From Chitinophagaceae bacterium (lineage in GTDB: Bacteria > Bacteroidota > Bacteroidia > Chitinophagales > Chitinophagaceae): a stretch of DNA of 61,845 bases. Positions 19,851-30,236 of the stretch are shown here, in pieces (position 1 is the stretch's first letter; every line of letters begins with the position of its first letter). A model generated the notes under the pieces. The model had not been told where the DNA came from. It saw only the letters and a list, made by a program, of their open reading frames with translations, and did no database searches. Location: assembly GCA_051306075.1 (NCBI GenBank), contig JBPPMM010000719.1, positions 1-61,845 on the forward strand, given 5' to 3'. The translations under genes and the position numbers were made by a program.

Positions 19851-21188
19851 TTATACTATCTCTTTTTCGATCTCTTTATCTACTTTCTCCTTTTTTAATT
19901 TCTGCATCACAAAATAGATAATACATATGGCTGCAATAAAAATAATTGTTGACAAGATTTCCCATTTGCTCAAACTACTGAGTAACCATAGAATAGCAAC
20001 AATGCCAATAATAGGGGTAATCCAACCACCCGGAGCCCGGAATGTTTTTTCAGCTGCATCCTGTTTCTGCTTTCTTATTTTGATAGTTGCTAAAATAACA
20101 GCGAGGTAAACAAGCAGTATGGCAGCACTGGCCAGTATGGCTAATTGTTTAAAACCACCGGATACAGAGATGATAAATATCAATACAGCAAAAGCAATGA
20201 TTGCCCGGTATGGAGTGGCGAATTTTGGATGTACCTTAGCCAGGAACTTAGGGAAGACTCCATTTTTTGCACCGGCAAATAATACACGGGGGGCGTTAAG
20301 TGTATCAGCACTTACTGTACCAAAACAGGAAATGGCTGCAGCCATCAACAGTAATGTACCTCCAACAGAACCTACTAGTTTTTCTGCTACCGCGGCCAGA
20401 GGGGCGTCTTTAAAGTCTGCCATTTGTGATCCCAGAATTCCCTGTGTTACCGTCTGCAACAGCAAATAAATAATTAGTACCAATATACCTCCCACTAAAA
20501 TACCGAGGGGTACCGTGCGTTTGGGATTTTTAATTTCGCCACTTGTACTCAATGCTGATTCAAACCCTGCAAAGGCAAAAAACAAAATGAGTACCGTATT
20601 ACCAAATATGTTGATAGTGGGCAGATGATCCCATTGAAGGTTGGCCGTATCGATCTTGCCGATGCCAAAAATGATTATACCAAAAAGTGGTACCAGTTTA
20701 ATGATGGTAATTATTTTTACCATGGTTACACCCTGTTTTGCACCATGAATATTTACCAATACCATAAAGCCAAGCAATACAAAAAAAAGAAGTCCACGAA
20801 GCCATGGATTTAATAATACGGGATAAATTATTGCCAGTGAATCAGCAATGATATTCATAATTGCAGCGTCTGCAAGTATGCTCCATCCAATAAAGAAGAT
20901 CCAACTGATAACAAATCCGGCAAATTGGCCAAATGCAGCTTCTACATAAGCATAACTTCCGCCGGTGGAGGTAACACGGCTCCCGATTTCGGCATAGCAA
21001 AGCATGATAGCTGCCAGCATAATGCCGCAAAACAAATAGCCGAATACAGCAAATGCACCTAACTCTACGCCAACAATGGCTGGCAAGGCAAAGATTCCCG
21101 AGCCAATGGTAAAGCCTACTATTGTTAATGCAAGTCCCGGGACACCTACTACACGTTTTAACCCTTCATTCGTTTTTTCAATCGCCAT
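19851..21188 (-). CDS. APC family amino acid permease
   Basis: IGSGIF, YAEIGS..GGSY, FAFAGFE..GEIKNPKR, many TM helices. Confidence 0.92.
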   Translation of the reverse strand: MAIEKTNEGLKRVVGVPGLALTIVGFTIGSGIFALPAIVGVELGAFAVFGYLFCGIMLAAIMLCYAEIGSRVTSTGGSYAYVEAAFGQFAGFVISWIFFIGWSILADAAIMNIIADSLAIIYPVLLNPWLRGLLFFVLLGFMVLVNIHGAKQGVTMVKIITIIKLVPLFGIIIFGIGKIDTANLQWDHLPTINIFGNTVLILFFAFAGFESALSTSGEIKNPKRTVPLGILVGGILVLIIYLLLQTVTQGILGSQMADFKDAPLAAVAEKLVGSVGGTLLLMAAAISCFGTVSADTLNAPRVLFAGAKNGVFPKFLAKVHPKFATPYRAIIAFAVLIFIISVSGGFKQLAILASAAILLVYLAVILATIKIRKQKQDAAEKTFRAPGGWITPIIGIVAILWLLSSLSKWEILSTIIFIAAICIIYFVMQKLKKEKVDKEIEKEIV

Positions 21189-21322
21189 GCTTAGGTGGTT
21201 TTGGTTAATTATGTTGCTATAACTATTTTTTTCTTTTTAAAAAAACGATTGCAATGGATTGTATATTCTGATCCATAAATAAGTAGCATCTGTTGCACAG
21301 CCGCAGACCTGTATCCGTTTTG

Positions 21323-21669
21323 TGGTGATGGGTTTAAACTCATCGCAGGTTTGCTTACTTCTATATATTCCGAGCCTACGGCTCTCTGTTTTATAGTTTA
21401 TTTTAATCAACGGATTGAAATCCGTTGTTACAATATTTATCGAGCCTAAGGCTCTTTGTATCAACTCAAGTTATAATCAGCGGAATAAATTCCTTTCTTA
21501 TAATATCTATCAGGCCTAAGGATCTTTGTTTTACCTCCCGTTTTTATCAGCGGAATAAATTCCATTCTTATAATATCTATCAGGCCTAAGGATCTTTGTA
21601 TCAACTCAAGTTATAATCAGCGGAATAAATTCCTTTGTTATAATATCTATCAGGCCCATGGCTCTTTGC
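21323..21669. repeat. REP/BIME-like palindromic tandem array, four ~54-bp units at 70-bp period plus a degenerate upstream unit
   Basis: Units start at 21406, 21476, 21546 and 21616 (ATCAGCGGAATAAATTCC...CAGGCCTAAGGATCTTTGT). Unit 1 has hairpins AACGGATT-G-AAATCCGTT and GAGCC-TAA-GGCTC. Linkers are 16 bp and linker 1 = linker 3. Confidence 0.85.
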
Positions 21670-21703
21670 CAGCAATCTTATTCTCCAATTGCAATTGCAG
21701 TTT

Positions 21704-22873
21704 TTATTTTGATTCATTGGCTTTTAAAACCCTTAACAAGTTTCCGCCGAGAATTTTATTTATATCATTTTTTCTGTATCCTTTTTCAACCAATGCCTTT
21801 GTAATTAATGGATAAGTTGTAACATCATCTAAAAGTTGAGGGGTAAGATTTATTCCGTCAAAGTCGGAGCCCAGACCCACATAATCAATACCCACCAATT
21901 TGATGATGTATTCAATATGATCGGTCAGCATAGACAATGGAGGCCGTATTGCATTTGCTTCTGCCGGATATTTTTTATACAGGTAGTCCATCATATACCA
22001 GTCACCCAATCCCCTTTTTAAAAGTGAATCGGCCTCAGCAGCATGTTCTTTAAAAAAAGCTGCCTCTTTTCTATCAAAACTGCTGTCAATAAATCCCGGG
22101 TGAAAATTCACCTGTATCACACCCCCGTTTTTAGCGATCGCTTTTATCTGGTCGTCTTTTAAATTGCGTCGGCTGGCTACCAGGTTGTACACCGAACTAT
22201 GTGAAGCGATAATTGGTTTTCTGGTAATATTTATTACATCCCAAAAGGTTTGGTCACCCACATGGCTTACATCTATCATCATGCCCAATGCATTCATTTT
22301 TTGCACTACTTGTTTGCCAAAATCCGTTAGTCCTTTTTGCGGCAGGTTTGGATTGGTTGTTTCGTCGGCAGCACTGGTGGCCCAGGAGGGGGCAATATTA
22401 TGCGTTAAGGTTAAATACCTGGCACCGCGGTTATAAAGTGCTTCCAATTTGCCGAGATCGTCTTCTATCATATGGCCGCCTTCCACACCAAACATGGCAG
22501 CTATTTTATGTTGCTTTACAGCTTTTAACAGTTCAATATAGTTGGCAACTTTTACAATCTTATCGGGATTGCGGGCTACTACAGCATCCAGGCTATCCAT
22601 TTCCCTGTTGGCATAAGCATATGGATTTTTTGCATCACCATCACAGTACACAGAAAATATTTGTACATCCAGCCCTCCTTTTTTCCAGCGGTTTAAATCA
22701 CTATGTGTTTTTCCTGAAAGGTCCTGGTCAAAAACTATTCCTGCATCCGCCGCCTTCATCAGTATGTCATTGTGTGTATCGACAACGATAGCCTTGCTGT
22801 GAATTTTTTGCCATGATTGAGCATGCATCTGTTGCGTAAATAGAATACTGAGGAATATTAATTTTATTTTCAT
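21704..22873 (-). CDS. M19 family (renal-type) dipeptidase, secreted
   Basis: DTHND, GVEGG, TLTH, IDVSH, ASHS, GSDFDG. Confidence 0.92.
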   Translation of the reverse strand: MKIKLIFLSILFTQQMHAQSWQKIHSKAIVVDTHNDILMKAADAGIVFDQDLSGKTHSDLNRWKKGGLDVQIFSVYCDGDAKNPYAYANREMDSLDAVVARNPDKIVKVANYIELLKAVKQHKIAAMFGVEGGHMIEDDLGKLEALYNRGARYLTLTHNIAPSWATSAADETTNPNLPQKGLTDFGKQVVQKMNALGMMIDVSHVGDQTFWDVINITRKPIIASHSSVYNLVASRRNLKDDQIKAIAKNGGVIQVNFHPGFIDSSFDRKEAAFFKEHAAEADSLLKRGLGDWYMMDYLYKKYPAEANAIRPPLSMLTDHIEYIIKLVGIDYVGLGSDFDGINLTPQLLDDVTTYPLITKALVEKGYRKNDINKILGGNLLRVLKANESK

Positions 22874-22904
22874 TCGTGGGTTATAAGTAAAAAGAGAACT
22901 GTTT

Positions 22905-23540
22905 TTATAAGAATACTAAATGAAAAACTATTTGATGAATAACAAATCCGCCTTAGGCAATCAGGTATGGTTGAGATTTTCTATTGTTTTTACGGTCATA
23001 CAAAATGAGACCGGCCAAAATGAAATAAATAATCCCGTACTCAACATTCTGTGTCAGCAATTCACTCCATCCAAACAGATGTGGACCTATGCGCCCCAAG
23101 GTTGGCCCTAATAACACCAGTGCTGAAGCGATCATGTACCGCATGTGCCTGGCCGTTTTTCTTTTGTAATAAATAGCCAGTGAATAAAAAAGTATCAACA
23201 ACAGGCCATCGCCAATGGGGAAGAATAGAAATGGATAATCTCCGGCATTGTACGTTTTTATTATACTTGGAATAAATGAAAGGATGAGTAATGGGAAAAC
23301 AAAATAAGAGAGTTTACCCACCCTGCGATGCCAGGCGACTTTTTTATTGACGATTAAAAAAGGTTGAACAATTAGAATCGCTACCCATATAGCGGCAATG
23401 ACAGCATGTGTATGAAGAACGGCTTCAATGTTTTCACCGAAATTGGGGAATGTTTTAAAATAGCTGTGGTAAAACCCGGCAAATATTAATGGAATCAATA
23501 AAAGCAGGAAGTAACCAAGGTATTTATATGTTCTGTCCAT
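22905..23540 (-). pseudogene. Conserved-type membrane protein with a premature TAA at 22953-22955
   Basis: Multi-TM ORF (HRRVGK, HMRYMI); beyond the TAA the frame continues GGFVIHQIVFHLVFL*, completing a hydrophobic helix. Confidence 0.6.
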
Positions 23541-23564
23541 AGTGTTTCGGATTGATAATTTAAA

Positions 23565-24404
23565 TCAATTCAGCATGTCCATCCCTTTTATTACCCGGTA
23601 AGGTGTTTTAAAAAAATCATTGATAGTTTCATTAAACTGCTTGCTATAATTAATCGGTGTTGCATGTCCTGAATTAGGAATGATCCATAAATAGGATTGC
23701 GGGATATTTTCTGCAATGATTAATGTATGCCTTGGTAACAGGGCATCATGATCGCCTCCGATAACCAGTGTAGGGCATTTTATGGAATGCAACTGCTGCA
23801 GCGTAATATTTGGCTCCCTGGTCATCATCTCCAAAAGTTTATATTGGTTTTTTATTTCGGGGGTTTGCTGTACCGTTTTTAAAGAATCAACATAGCCCGC
23901 CAGCCAGCGATGAAGTGACGGCTCCACAGCGGTAGTGTCGGGCCATAAGTTAGCGCCGGTAACGGCCAGTTTTTTTACTTTTTCAGGATGGCGAATAGCA
24001 AGCAACAAGCCGTTGATACCTCCATCACTCCATCCTATGACATAGCAAGAATCCAATTTAAGAACATCCAGCAAGGCATTCAAATCATCAGCCATCAATT
24101 CGTAATTCAGCGAATCACCGGGATCGACCGATTTTCCCTGCGCCCTGCTGTCTGCAAGAATTACTTTGTATTCTTTGGAAAAATAGGGTATCTGCTTGCT
24201 GAAATCTTTGATGCTTCCCCCATTGCCATGAATGATCAGTAAAGGTTTACCTGTGCCATATACTTCGTAATACATATTAATGCCCCGGATGCTAACCTTA
24301 TGTCCTGCTTTTGGATTATTGCCATAAACCATTTTTTCGGTTTGCGCAAAAGCCTTCAAAGAAAAGAGTATGGTTAAACTGAAAAACAAACATTTCCTGA
24401 ACAT
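23565..24404 (-). CDS. Alpha/beta hydrolase, secreted
   Basis: HGNGG, GWSDG nucleophile elbow, GDHD, SGH; signal peptide from ATG 24404. Confidence 0.9.
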   Translation of the reverse strand: MFRKCLFFSLTILFSLKAFAQTEKMVYGNNPKAGHKVSIRGINMYYEVYGTGKPLLIIHGNGGSIKDFSKQIPYFSKEYKVILADSRAQGKSVDPGDSLNYELMADDLNALLDVLKLDSCYVIGWSDGGINGLLLAIRHPEKVKKLAVTGANLWPDTTAVEPSLHRWLAGYVDSLKTVQQTPEIKNQYKLLEMMTREPNITLQQLHSIKCPTLVIGGDHDALLPRHTLIIAENIPQSYLWIIPNSGHATPINYSKQFNETINDFFKTPYRVIKGMDMLN

Positions 24405-24501
24405 TTGATTTGATTTAAGTAAGCTTTTATAGAAAATCATCATTTTTATTTATTTATAAAAAAATCCGTGGGTATACCTTAAATACCACCTGAATATAAC
24501 T

Positions 24502-24540
24502 AAAAACCGGGGAGCTGTATTTAAAAAACAGTTCCCCGGT
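24502..24540 (-). terminator. Intrinsic terminator
   Basis: ACCGGGGAGCTGT/ACAGTTCCCCGGT inverted repeat followed by a T-run on the minus strand. Confidence 0.75.
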
Positions 24541-24572
24541 AGCCCACAACAATAATTAAAACCCATTAAAAA

Positions 24573-24805
24573 TTATTTTTCCTTCACATCGCTATTATTA
24601 ATATCGCTGATGCAAATATATTTCCCATCACGATTTTCCCATACAGCCATATATTTCCCAGCATAAGAATCCTTACCCGCCGCATCTTTAACCGTAACCT
24701 TGCCTATTTCTGTTTATGTTTTTATCACCAAATACATCCCGTGCATTATAAGGAACAGTGGAACCCTTTGCTCTTTTGCCAAGGTTTTCCGCATTGTCTT
24801 TACGG
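24573..24805 (-). pseudogene. 3' remnant of an NTF2-like/DUF4440 gene
   Basis: RAKGSTVPYNARDVFGDKNI, frameshift, then TEIGKVTVKDAAGKDSYAGKYMAVWENRDGKYICISDINNSDVKEK*; 5' half missing. Confidence 0.7.
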
Positions 24806-24816
24806 CTGTTTATTGA

Positions 24817-25326
24817 TCATTTGGATTTATGCACTTCCAGTTCTATCTCAATCATAAACTCAGGCAACGCCAGTTCCCTTACACCCAGCCATGATCCTGT
24901 TGGAAATTGTTTTTTGTATATCTCATTACGGTAGCCGGCATTCTCAAGAAATTTAGGCATGTTAGTCGTAAATACATTTTCTACAACCACATCATCAAAA
25001 GTGCAACCTTAATGTTTTAAAACTTTATCAAGATCTGCATAACAGTTTTTCATTTGTTGTAACAAGTCGCTTTTGGCTGTGGGATTGCCTGCATCATCCA
25101 TACTTACTGCGCCGGATATTTTTATATCATTGCCAATGCGAACGGCATGTGAATAACCATAAAGTTTTTCTACTTCCGGCCGTAAGAGAAAATAATCAGC
25201 GGTGTCTGTATGTGCCGGAACATTTTCGTTTGTTCCTGGTGGCCGGTTATGGCCGGTATCACCGCAGGCAGAAAGAAATAATAAACTAAATACTACAGAA
25301 AAGATAAAGGAAAAAAATCTTGTCAT
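24817..25326 (-). pseudogene. RidA (YjgF/YER057c) family lipoprotein with an in-frame TAA at 25009-25011
   Basis: LSAC lipobox, YGYSHAV, ISGAV; after the TAA the same frame continues GCTFDDVV...YRNEIY...PTGSWLGVRELALPEFMIEIELEVHKSK*. Confidence 0.85.
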
Positions 25327-25455
25327 AATGTTTTCTGTTTAAGTTGAAAAAGAAAGTCCGCATGTGTGAATTAACCCTTTTTAATTATCCGGATTTTTCT
25401 AATCTGATACGTTTTTTCGTTATCCTCTTGTTCCAAATTTTAATATTAGTAGTAA

Positions 25456-26229
25456 TTAAAGATTGATAAGCTTAGACATGTCATAGAAACCATACTCTCT
25501 GACGATTTTATTATTTACAAATTTCATGGCAAGATGTACGGGGATAATAATTTCTTTATTTGTTGCAGCTACTTTGCCTATCCAGGTTCCCCAGAAATAA
25601 ACCCAGATGTCCCCATCATTATCAACAATCCTTTCATAAAATATTTCCTTATCGGAAAAACGATAGCCGGATAATTTTGAAAGAGAACTTTTAAGCCCAT
25701 CCTGCAGCGCTGCAGGTGAAATTCCCTCAACTGAATTATGAAATGCTTTTGCCGTATCAGCATAATGACCTGACCAGGCACCCCAGTTACCATTCTCATA
25801 ATCCTTTACCAGCGATTTTACGGATTCAATTTCCGGAGCCTTAGTTGTCCAACGGGGAGGATTGCCCGATTTAAGTTCCACCTGTATCACCTCGATAGCC
25901 TTATTACCAATCTGAGGTAAATGTTTACCGGCCGGATTCATAACTACATCACCCGCTTTTCCATCTGATTTCATTGTTGACCCATCTTCTAATTTAAATT
26001 CACCTTTTAAATCTGTCATAAATACAGCAACACTTTCAGGATGGTAATGCATCACTGACTTTTCTCCGGCGCCATACTTTATTCGCAATACCCGAACCTC
26101 ATTATTTTCCAAAATAACTTTGTAATGCTTTGCATCAGCCTTTACAGGATCCTGAGCTTGTAACAAAGAAGCAGGAAGGCAAAGAAAAATGGCTATAATC
26201 ACGACTGCTACTAATTTTAATTTTTTCAT
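25456..26229 (-). CDS. Secreted cupin-like domain fused to an NTF2/SnoaL-like domain
   Basis: Signal peptide; DPV..HYKVILENNEVRVL..MHYHP (cupin); C-terminal WVYFWGTW..IPVHL..KIVREYGFYD. Confidence 0.65.
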   Translation of the reverse strand: MKKLKLVAVVIIAIFLCLPASLLQAQDPVKADAKHYKVILENNEVRVLRIKYGAGEKSVMHYHPESVAVFMTDLKGEFKLEDGSTMKSDGKAGDVVMNPAGKHLPQIGNKAIEVIQVELKSGNPPRWTTKAPEIESVKSLVKDYENGNWGAWSGHYADTAKAFHNSVEGISPAALQDGLKSSLSKLSGYRFSDKEIFYERIVDNDGDIWVYFWGTWIGKVAATNKEIIIPVHLAMKFVNNKIVREYGFYDMSKLINL

Positions 26230-26869
26230 GAGAATTTTTATTTAATGTGATGATGAATAAATTCTAACACGTAAACTGCATGATTCCGAATGCTAAAAAA
26301 AATATGTAGGTGGCCCATCGAATCCTTGTTTATATTTCAGTCTGGTACTCCCATGCTGCGCCTTGTCTTTGTTGCACGGGTGGCACAAAAGTGAAAAGGG
26401 AATTAAATTCGCCATCCCCTTTATTATCAAATGCTGCTCTTTCCTATGGGAAAGTTTCAATAGCAACAGGATGACATTTACATTCATGCTAAATTCAAAT
26501 AAGCGGAAACAAAATATCCTATGGCAGGAGAAACCATTTTTTCTCATATTCAAGTTTTGATTTTACAGAAGTTGTGATTTACAAGAAACGTTTAAAAACG
26601 AGCAGGATATAATAAACTTAACACCATAATTCAAGGAAATATTCAATTAAGGACGAACAGAGCAAAAAATTGTCCGAATAAGTGTTTTATTTACCTGGGA
26701 AAGGAAAAGAAGGTTTAAGAATGAGAGCAACAAAATTCCTGGCAGCCGAAAAATAATATGGGAAAATGTTATTTGCCTGGTAAAGTGCCCACTGAATTCT
26801 AAATAATGATGCAGGCAGGGAATTGGCAATAGTGGTTACTGTTAAGGAGTATCTTTCTCAATACAAAGG

Positions 26870-27967
26870 TTAGCCCTCCTGGCCCATCCATAAAGCTCCT
26901 CCTACAGTATTTCTATTAGCGCCGGTAACGGAAGAAAAAACATTTATTTCTTCACGCCAGCGCATCACACCTATAAGTGCCATGATCAACGCTTCTTTAT
27001 ATTTAACCAGGTTTTCATCAGGAATGATCACTTCAATGTTCAACTCATTTAAGTGCTCCTGTATCCTTTCTACAAGAAAAGTATTAAAAGCGCCTCCACC
27101 AGTGCAGAGAAGTTTGAAACCCGGGTACCGATCCCGGAAAATATCAGATGTGTTAATCGCTTTTTTTATTTGCAGGGCAATATGTTCAGTGTATGTTCTG
27201 AGGGCATCTTGAATTCCGCAGCCCGCATTTTTTAAAATTGGATATACTTTTTCAGTACCGAAGTCATTTGACAAGGACTTTGGCCCGGGTAGTTGGTAAA
27301 AATCCAATGCATTTAATTTTTCTAAAAGTTCATGTTCAATTTTTCCGGAGGCAGCTAAATGTCCGCCTTCATCAAATTTTTTACCAGCATCTCCCGCCAG
27401 CACATTCAACACCCGGTTCGCTGCACACACATCAAAAGCTATATACTGATCAGCATTGAAAGATATATTGGCAATACCACCAAGATTAAGGAAATAATCG
27501 TAATCGCTCAGTAGCCATTTTTCTCCTACAGGAACAATGGGAGCACCCTGGCCACCGAAAGCTATATCAAGTGACCGCAGATCAGATACCACGGGTAATT
27601 GTGTAGCAGCGGCAATTGCAGAACCATCGCCCAATTGAGCTGTCATTTTTTTTTCGGGCATATGAAAAGTAGTATGCCCATGCGACGCAATCAGGGCCAC
27701 CTGATATTGCAAATGATGTTGTTCTATAAATCGATTGACCTCAAGCCCAAGGTAATGTCCATAGGAAACATGAAGTAACTGATACTCTAACGCAGACAAA
27801 GTAGTAGCATTTTTCAATTTTTCTATCCATTCCTCAGAATAGGAATAACAATCCGCCTTAATAATTTCATAACTCCATTTTCCACCATTTTCATGCAGCT
27901 CTGCGAAAGCGATATCCAGTCCGTCAAGAGAGCTCCCACTCATTAAACCTATTGCCCTGTAAACCAT
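26870..27967 (-). CDS. anmK: Anhydro-N-acetylmuramic acid kinase
   Basis: IGLMSGSSLDGLD, SHGHT, GGQGAP, NLGGIAN, GGG, KEA. Confidence 0.93.
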   Translation of the reverse strand: MVYRAIGLMSGSSLDGLDIAFAELHENGGKWSYEIIKADCYSYSEEWIEKLKNATTLSALEYQLLHVSYGHYLGLEVNRFIEQHHLQYQVALIASHGHTTFHMPEKKMTAQLGDGSAIAAATQLPVVSDLRSLDIAFGGQGAPIVPVGEKWLLSDYDYFLNLGGIANISFNADQYIAFDVCAANRVLNVLAGDAGKKFDEGGHLAASGKIEHELLEKLNALDFYQLPGPKSLSNDFGTEKVYPILKNAGCGIQDALRTYTEHIALQIKKAINTSDIFRDRYPGFKLLCTGGGAFNTFLVERIQEHLNELNIEVIIPDENLVKYKEALIMALIGVMRWREEINVFSSVTGANRNTVGGALWMGQEG

Positions 27968-27992
27968 TAAACTGATTTTAGATTAGATTTGC

Positions 27993-28000
27993 CAAAAGTA
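27993..28000 (-). promoter_or_regulatory. Bacteroidota -7 promoter element for anmK
   Basis: TACTTTTG (TAnnTTTG) 25 nt upstream of the ATG. Confidence 0.6.
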
Positions 28001-28109
28001 AGGGAAGAAGGTTTAAATATTTGAGTGCCTGAGTTTATACCCCCTTAAGAAATTCCCTGATGGTATAATAACCATAAATCAAAAATGATAAACCATAAAC
28101 CTGCAAAAC

Positions 28110-28760
28110 ATGGTTATTAATTTAAGCGAGCAACATAGCCTAATGAGTAACTGGATCGGTGAACTCAGAGATGTGGAGTTACAAACTGACCGTATGAGGT
28201 TTCGCCGAAACCTGGAAAGGATTGGGGAAGTGGCTGCTTATGAAATAAGCAAAGTATTGCCATTTGCAGAAAAAGAAGTGCAAACTCCTATGGGAATAGC
28301 CACATGCAAAATATTATTAAACCATCCGGTGCTGGCTACTATTATGCGTGCAGGATTGCCACTACACCAGGGCTTATTAAATTTTTTTGACAAGGCTGAT
28401 AATGCTTTCATCTCCGCTTACCGAAAACATAATCCCGATGGAAGTTTTGAGATCAGCCTGGATTATATATCCTGCCCTGAATTAGAAGACCGGATAATTA
28501 TTGTATCAGACCCTATGCTGGCCACCGGATCCTCACTTGTAAAAACGATTCATTTTTTAAAGGAAGAAGGAAAACCAAAAGAAATTCATATTGTAGCAGC
28601 CATTGCCTGTACGGTTGGTATTGAATACGTATTAAGAGAAGAGCCTTCAGTAACGATATGGTGCGGAGATATTGACGATGAACTGACTGCAAAAGGATAT
28701 ATAGTTCCCGGCCTCGGAGATGCCGGCGACCTGGCATACGGAGTTAAAGTGCAAATGTAA
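28110..28760 (+). CDS. upp: Uracil phosphoribosyltransferase
   Basis: IMRAG, DPMLATG, GYIVPGLGDAGD. Confidence 0.95.
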   Translation: MVINLSEQHSLMSNWIGELRDVELQTDRMRFRRNLERIGEVAAYEISKVLPFAEKEVQTPMGIATCKILLNHPVLATIMRAGLPLHQGLLNFFDKADNAFISAYRKHNPDGSFEISLDYISCPELEDRIIIVSDPMLATGSSLVKTIHFLKEEGKPKEIHIVAAIACTVGIEYVLREEPSVTIWCGDIDDELTAKGYIVPGLGDAGDLAYGVKVQM

Positions 28761-29022
28761 ACAGGGGCGTGACAAGAGTTACATGAAAGTGTGCAAAAGA
28801 CTTCATGTACCAGCCAATGCCAGGAAGTATAGTTTTTTTTAAAAGCAGCATTAAGCCCCTTTCACAAGTCTTTTATTTGTTGTATTTTCCCGTTTCGGAT
28901 CTATTTTTATCATTTTATTTCCGGATAGAACTGAAAAAACTAAATATCTGAATTCCCTGTATTAAACCCATCCGGCTTCGGTTTGCAGATAGTTTGAATA
29001 GTGAAAAAACTCAATTGCTGAA

Positions 29023-30036
29023 ATGAAAAAAATTCTCTCTCTACTGGTTGGTTGTGTAGCAGTAGTAAGTGTAGCAATCGCTCAGGATCCTAATTTTTCC
29101 CAATTTTTTGCATCTCCTCTTACTATGAACCCGGCTATGACGGGCAAATTTGATGGTGTCTATCGCTTTGCCGCCAATTATAGAAATCAATGGCCCACAA
29201 TCAGTAATGCCTATACTACCATGACCGCTTCTTTAGATATGGGAATATTAAAAGATCGTGTGCCTGATTTCGATCAATTTGGAGTTGGCTTCATGGCTTA
29301 CAGCGACAAAGCCGGAGATGGTGCTCTTAACAGTACCTATTTTGGTGTTTCACTGGCCTACCATAAAGCACTGGATGAAAATGGTTATCATCAAATTGGT
29401 GCCGGCTTCCAGGGAACCTATATGAACAAGCGACTGAACACAAGTAAACTTTTGTTTGAAGATCAACTAACCCCGTTTGGATTTACCGGTGTTACTAATG
29501 AAAGTTTTTCGGCCAACCAGGTGAACCTGAATTATTTTGACCTGAATACCGGTTTTATTTATAATGGCACTACTAACGGATATAATAATTTTTACCTGGG
29601 AGCCTCCATGTATCATATTAACCGGCCAAAGGAAAGTTTTCAGAAAGGAGATTTTGTGCTAAGTGCAAGAACAACCATACAAGGCGGAGCCAGGATACCT
29701 GTAGGCACTTACAATTCTTTACATCTTGCAGCCAACCATAGCATGCAGGCAAAAGCACAGAATACAATGGTTGGAGGCGCATTCAGTCTTAATGTAAATA
29801 ATGATGAAGACAACCCCACTAATTTTTACCTGGGTAGTTGGTATCGTTTAAAAGATGCTATTATTCCTTATGTAGGATTGGAATTCGGAGAGTGGCACTT
29901 TGGAGCTTCTTACGACGTTAATACTTCCTCACTTAAAGCTGCATCCAACTCCAGGGGTGGAGTAGAAATTTCTATTATTTTTATAAAGAAGCCTACGGAT
30001 CCCAATGCAAAAAAACTAAACTGTCCCAAATTTTAA
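29023..30036 (+). CDS. PorP/SprF family T9SS outer-membrane protein
   Basis: AQDPNFSQF..NPA, YRNQW, SYD..GGVEISI. Confidence 0.88.
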   Translation: MKKILSLLVGCVAVVSVAIAQDPNFSQFFASPLTMNPAMTGKFDGVYRFAANYRNQWPTISNAYTTMTASLDMGILKDRVPDFDQFGVGFMAYSDKAGDGALNSTYFGVSLAYHKALDENGYHQIGAGFQGTYMNKRLNTSKLLFEDQLTPFGFTGVTNESFSANQVNLNYFDLNTGFIYNGTTNGYNNFYLGASMYHINRPKESFQKGDFVLSARTTIQGGARIPVGTYNSLHLAANHSMQAKAQNTMVGGAFSLNVNNDEDNPTNFYLGSWYRLKDAIIPYVGLEFGEWHFGASYDVNTSSLKAASNSRGGVEISIIFIKKPTDPNAKKLNCPKF

Positions 30037-30236
30037 TAGTTATTGTATATAGTAATGTTTGAATTAATTGGTGTACTATCCCGCCTGTTTAAATCATTTT
30101 ATCTATCAGTAAAAATTATACTTCATAAAAAATTCTTCAGTGATCTAATAAAGAATACTCATTAATCTTACAAGTATTTTCCGAATCAACTACTTCAACC
30201 CATTCAAATTCTAAAAAGCGGAGCCTAGAGGATGAA

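Noticed and set aside
21237-21464. 75-aa ORF
   Set aside because: It is largely a translation of the palindromic repeat region.
21406-21669. CRISPR array
   Set aside because: Repeats of ~54 bp with only 16-bp linkers, linker 1 identical to linker 3, and no cas genes.
22953-25011. TAA stop-codon reassignment or readthrough
   Set aside because: TAA terminates most intact genes in the window; the two cases sit among other pseudogenes.
4187-26229. Integron or gene-cassette array
   Set aside because: Long co-oriented run, but no integrase and no repeated attC-like sites in the spacers.
26340-26480. Cobalamin riboswitch (GTGAAAAGGGAA)
   Set aside because: The remaining conserved core and B12 box are absent, and no plus-strand gene follows.
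26293-26829. Short ORFs between the cupin fusion and anmK
   Set aside because: No recognisable motifs; possibly decayed sequence but I cannot assign it.
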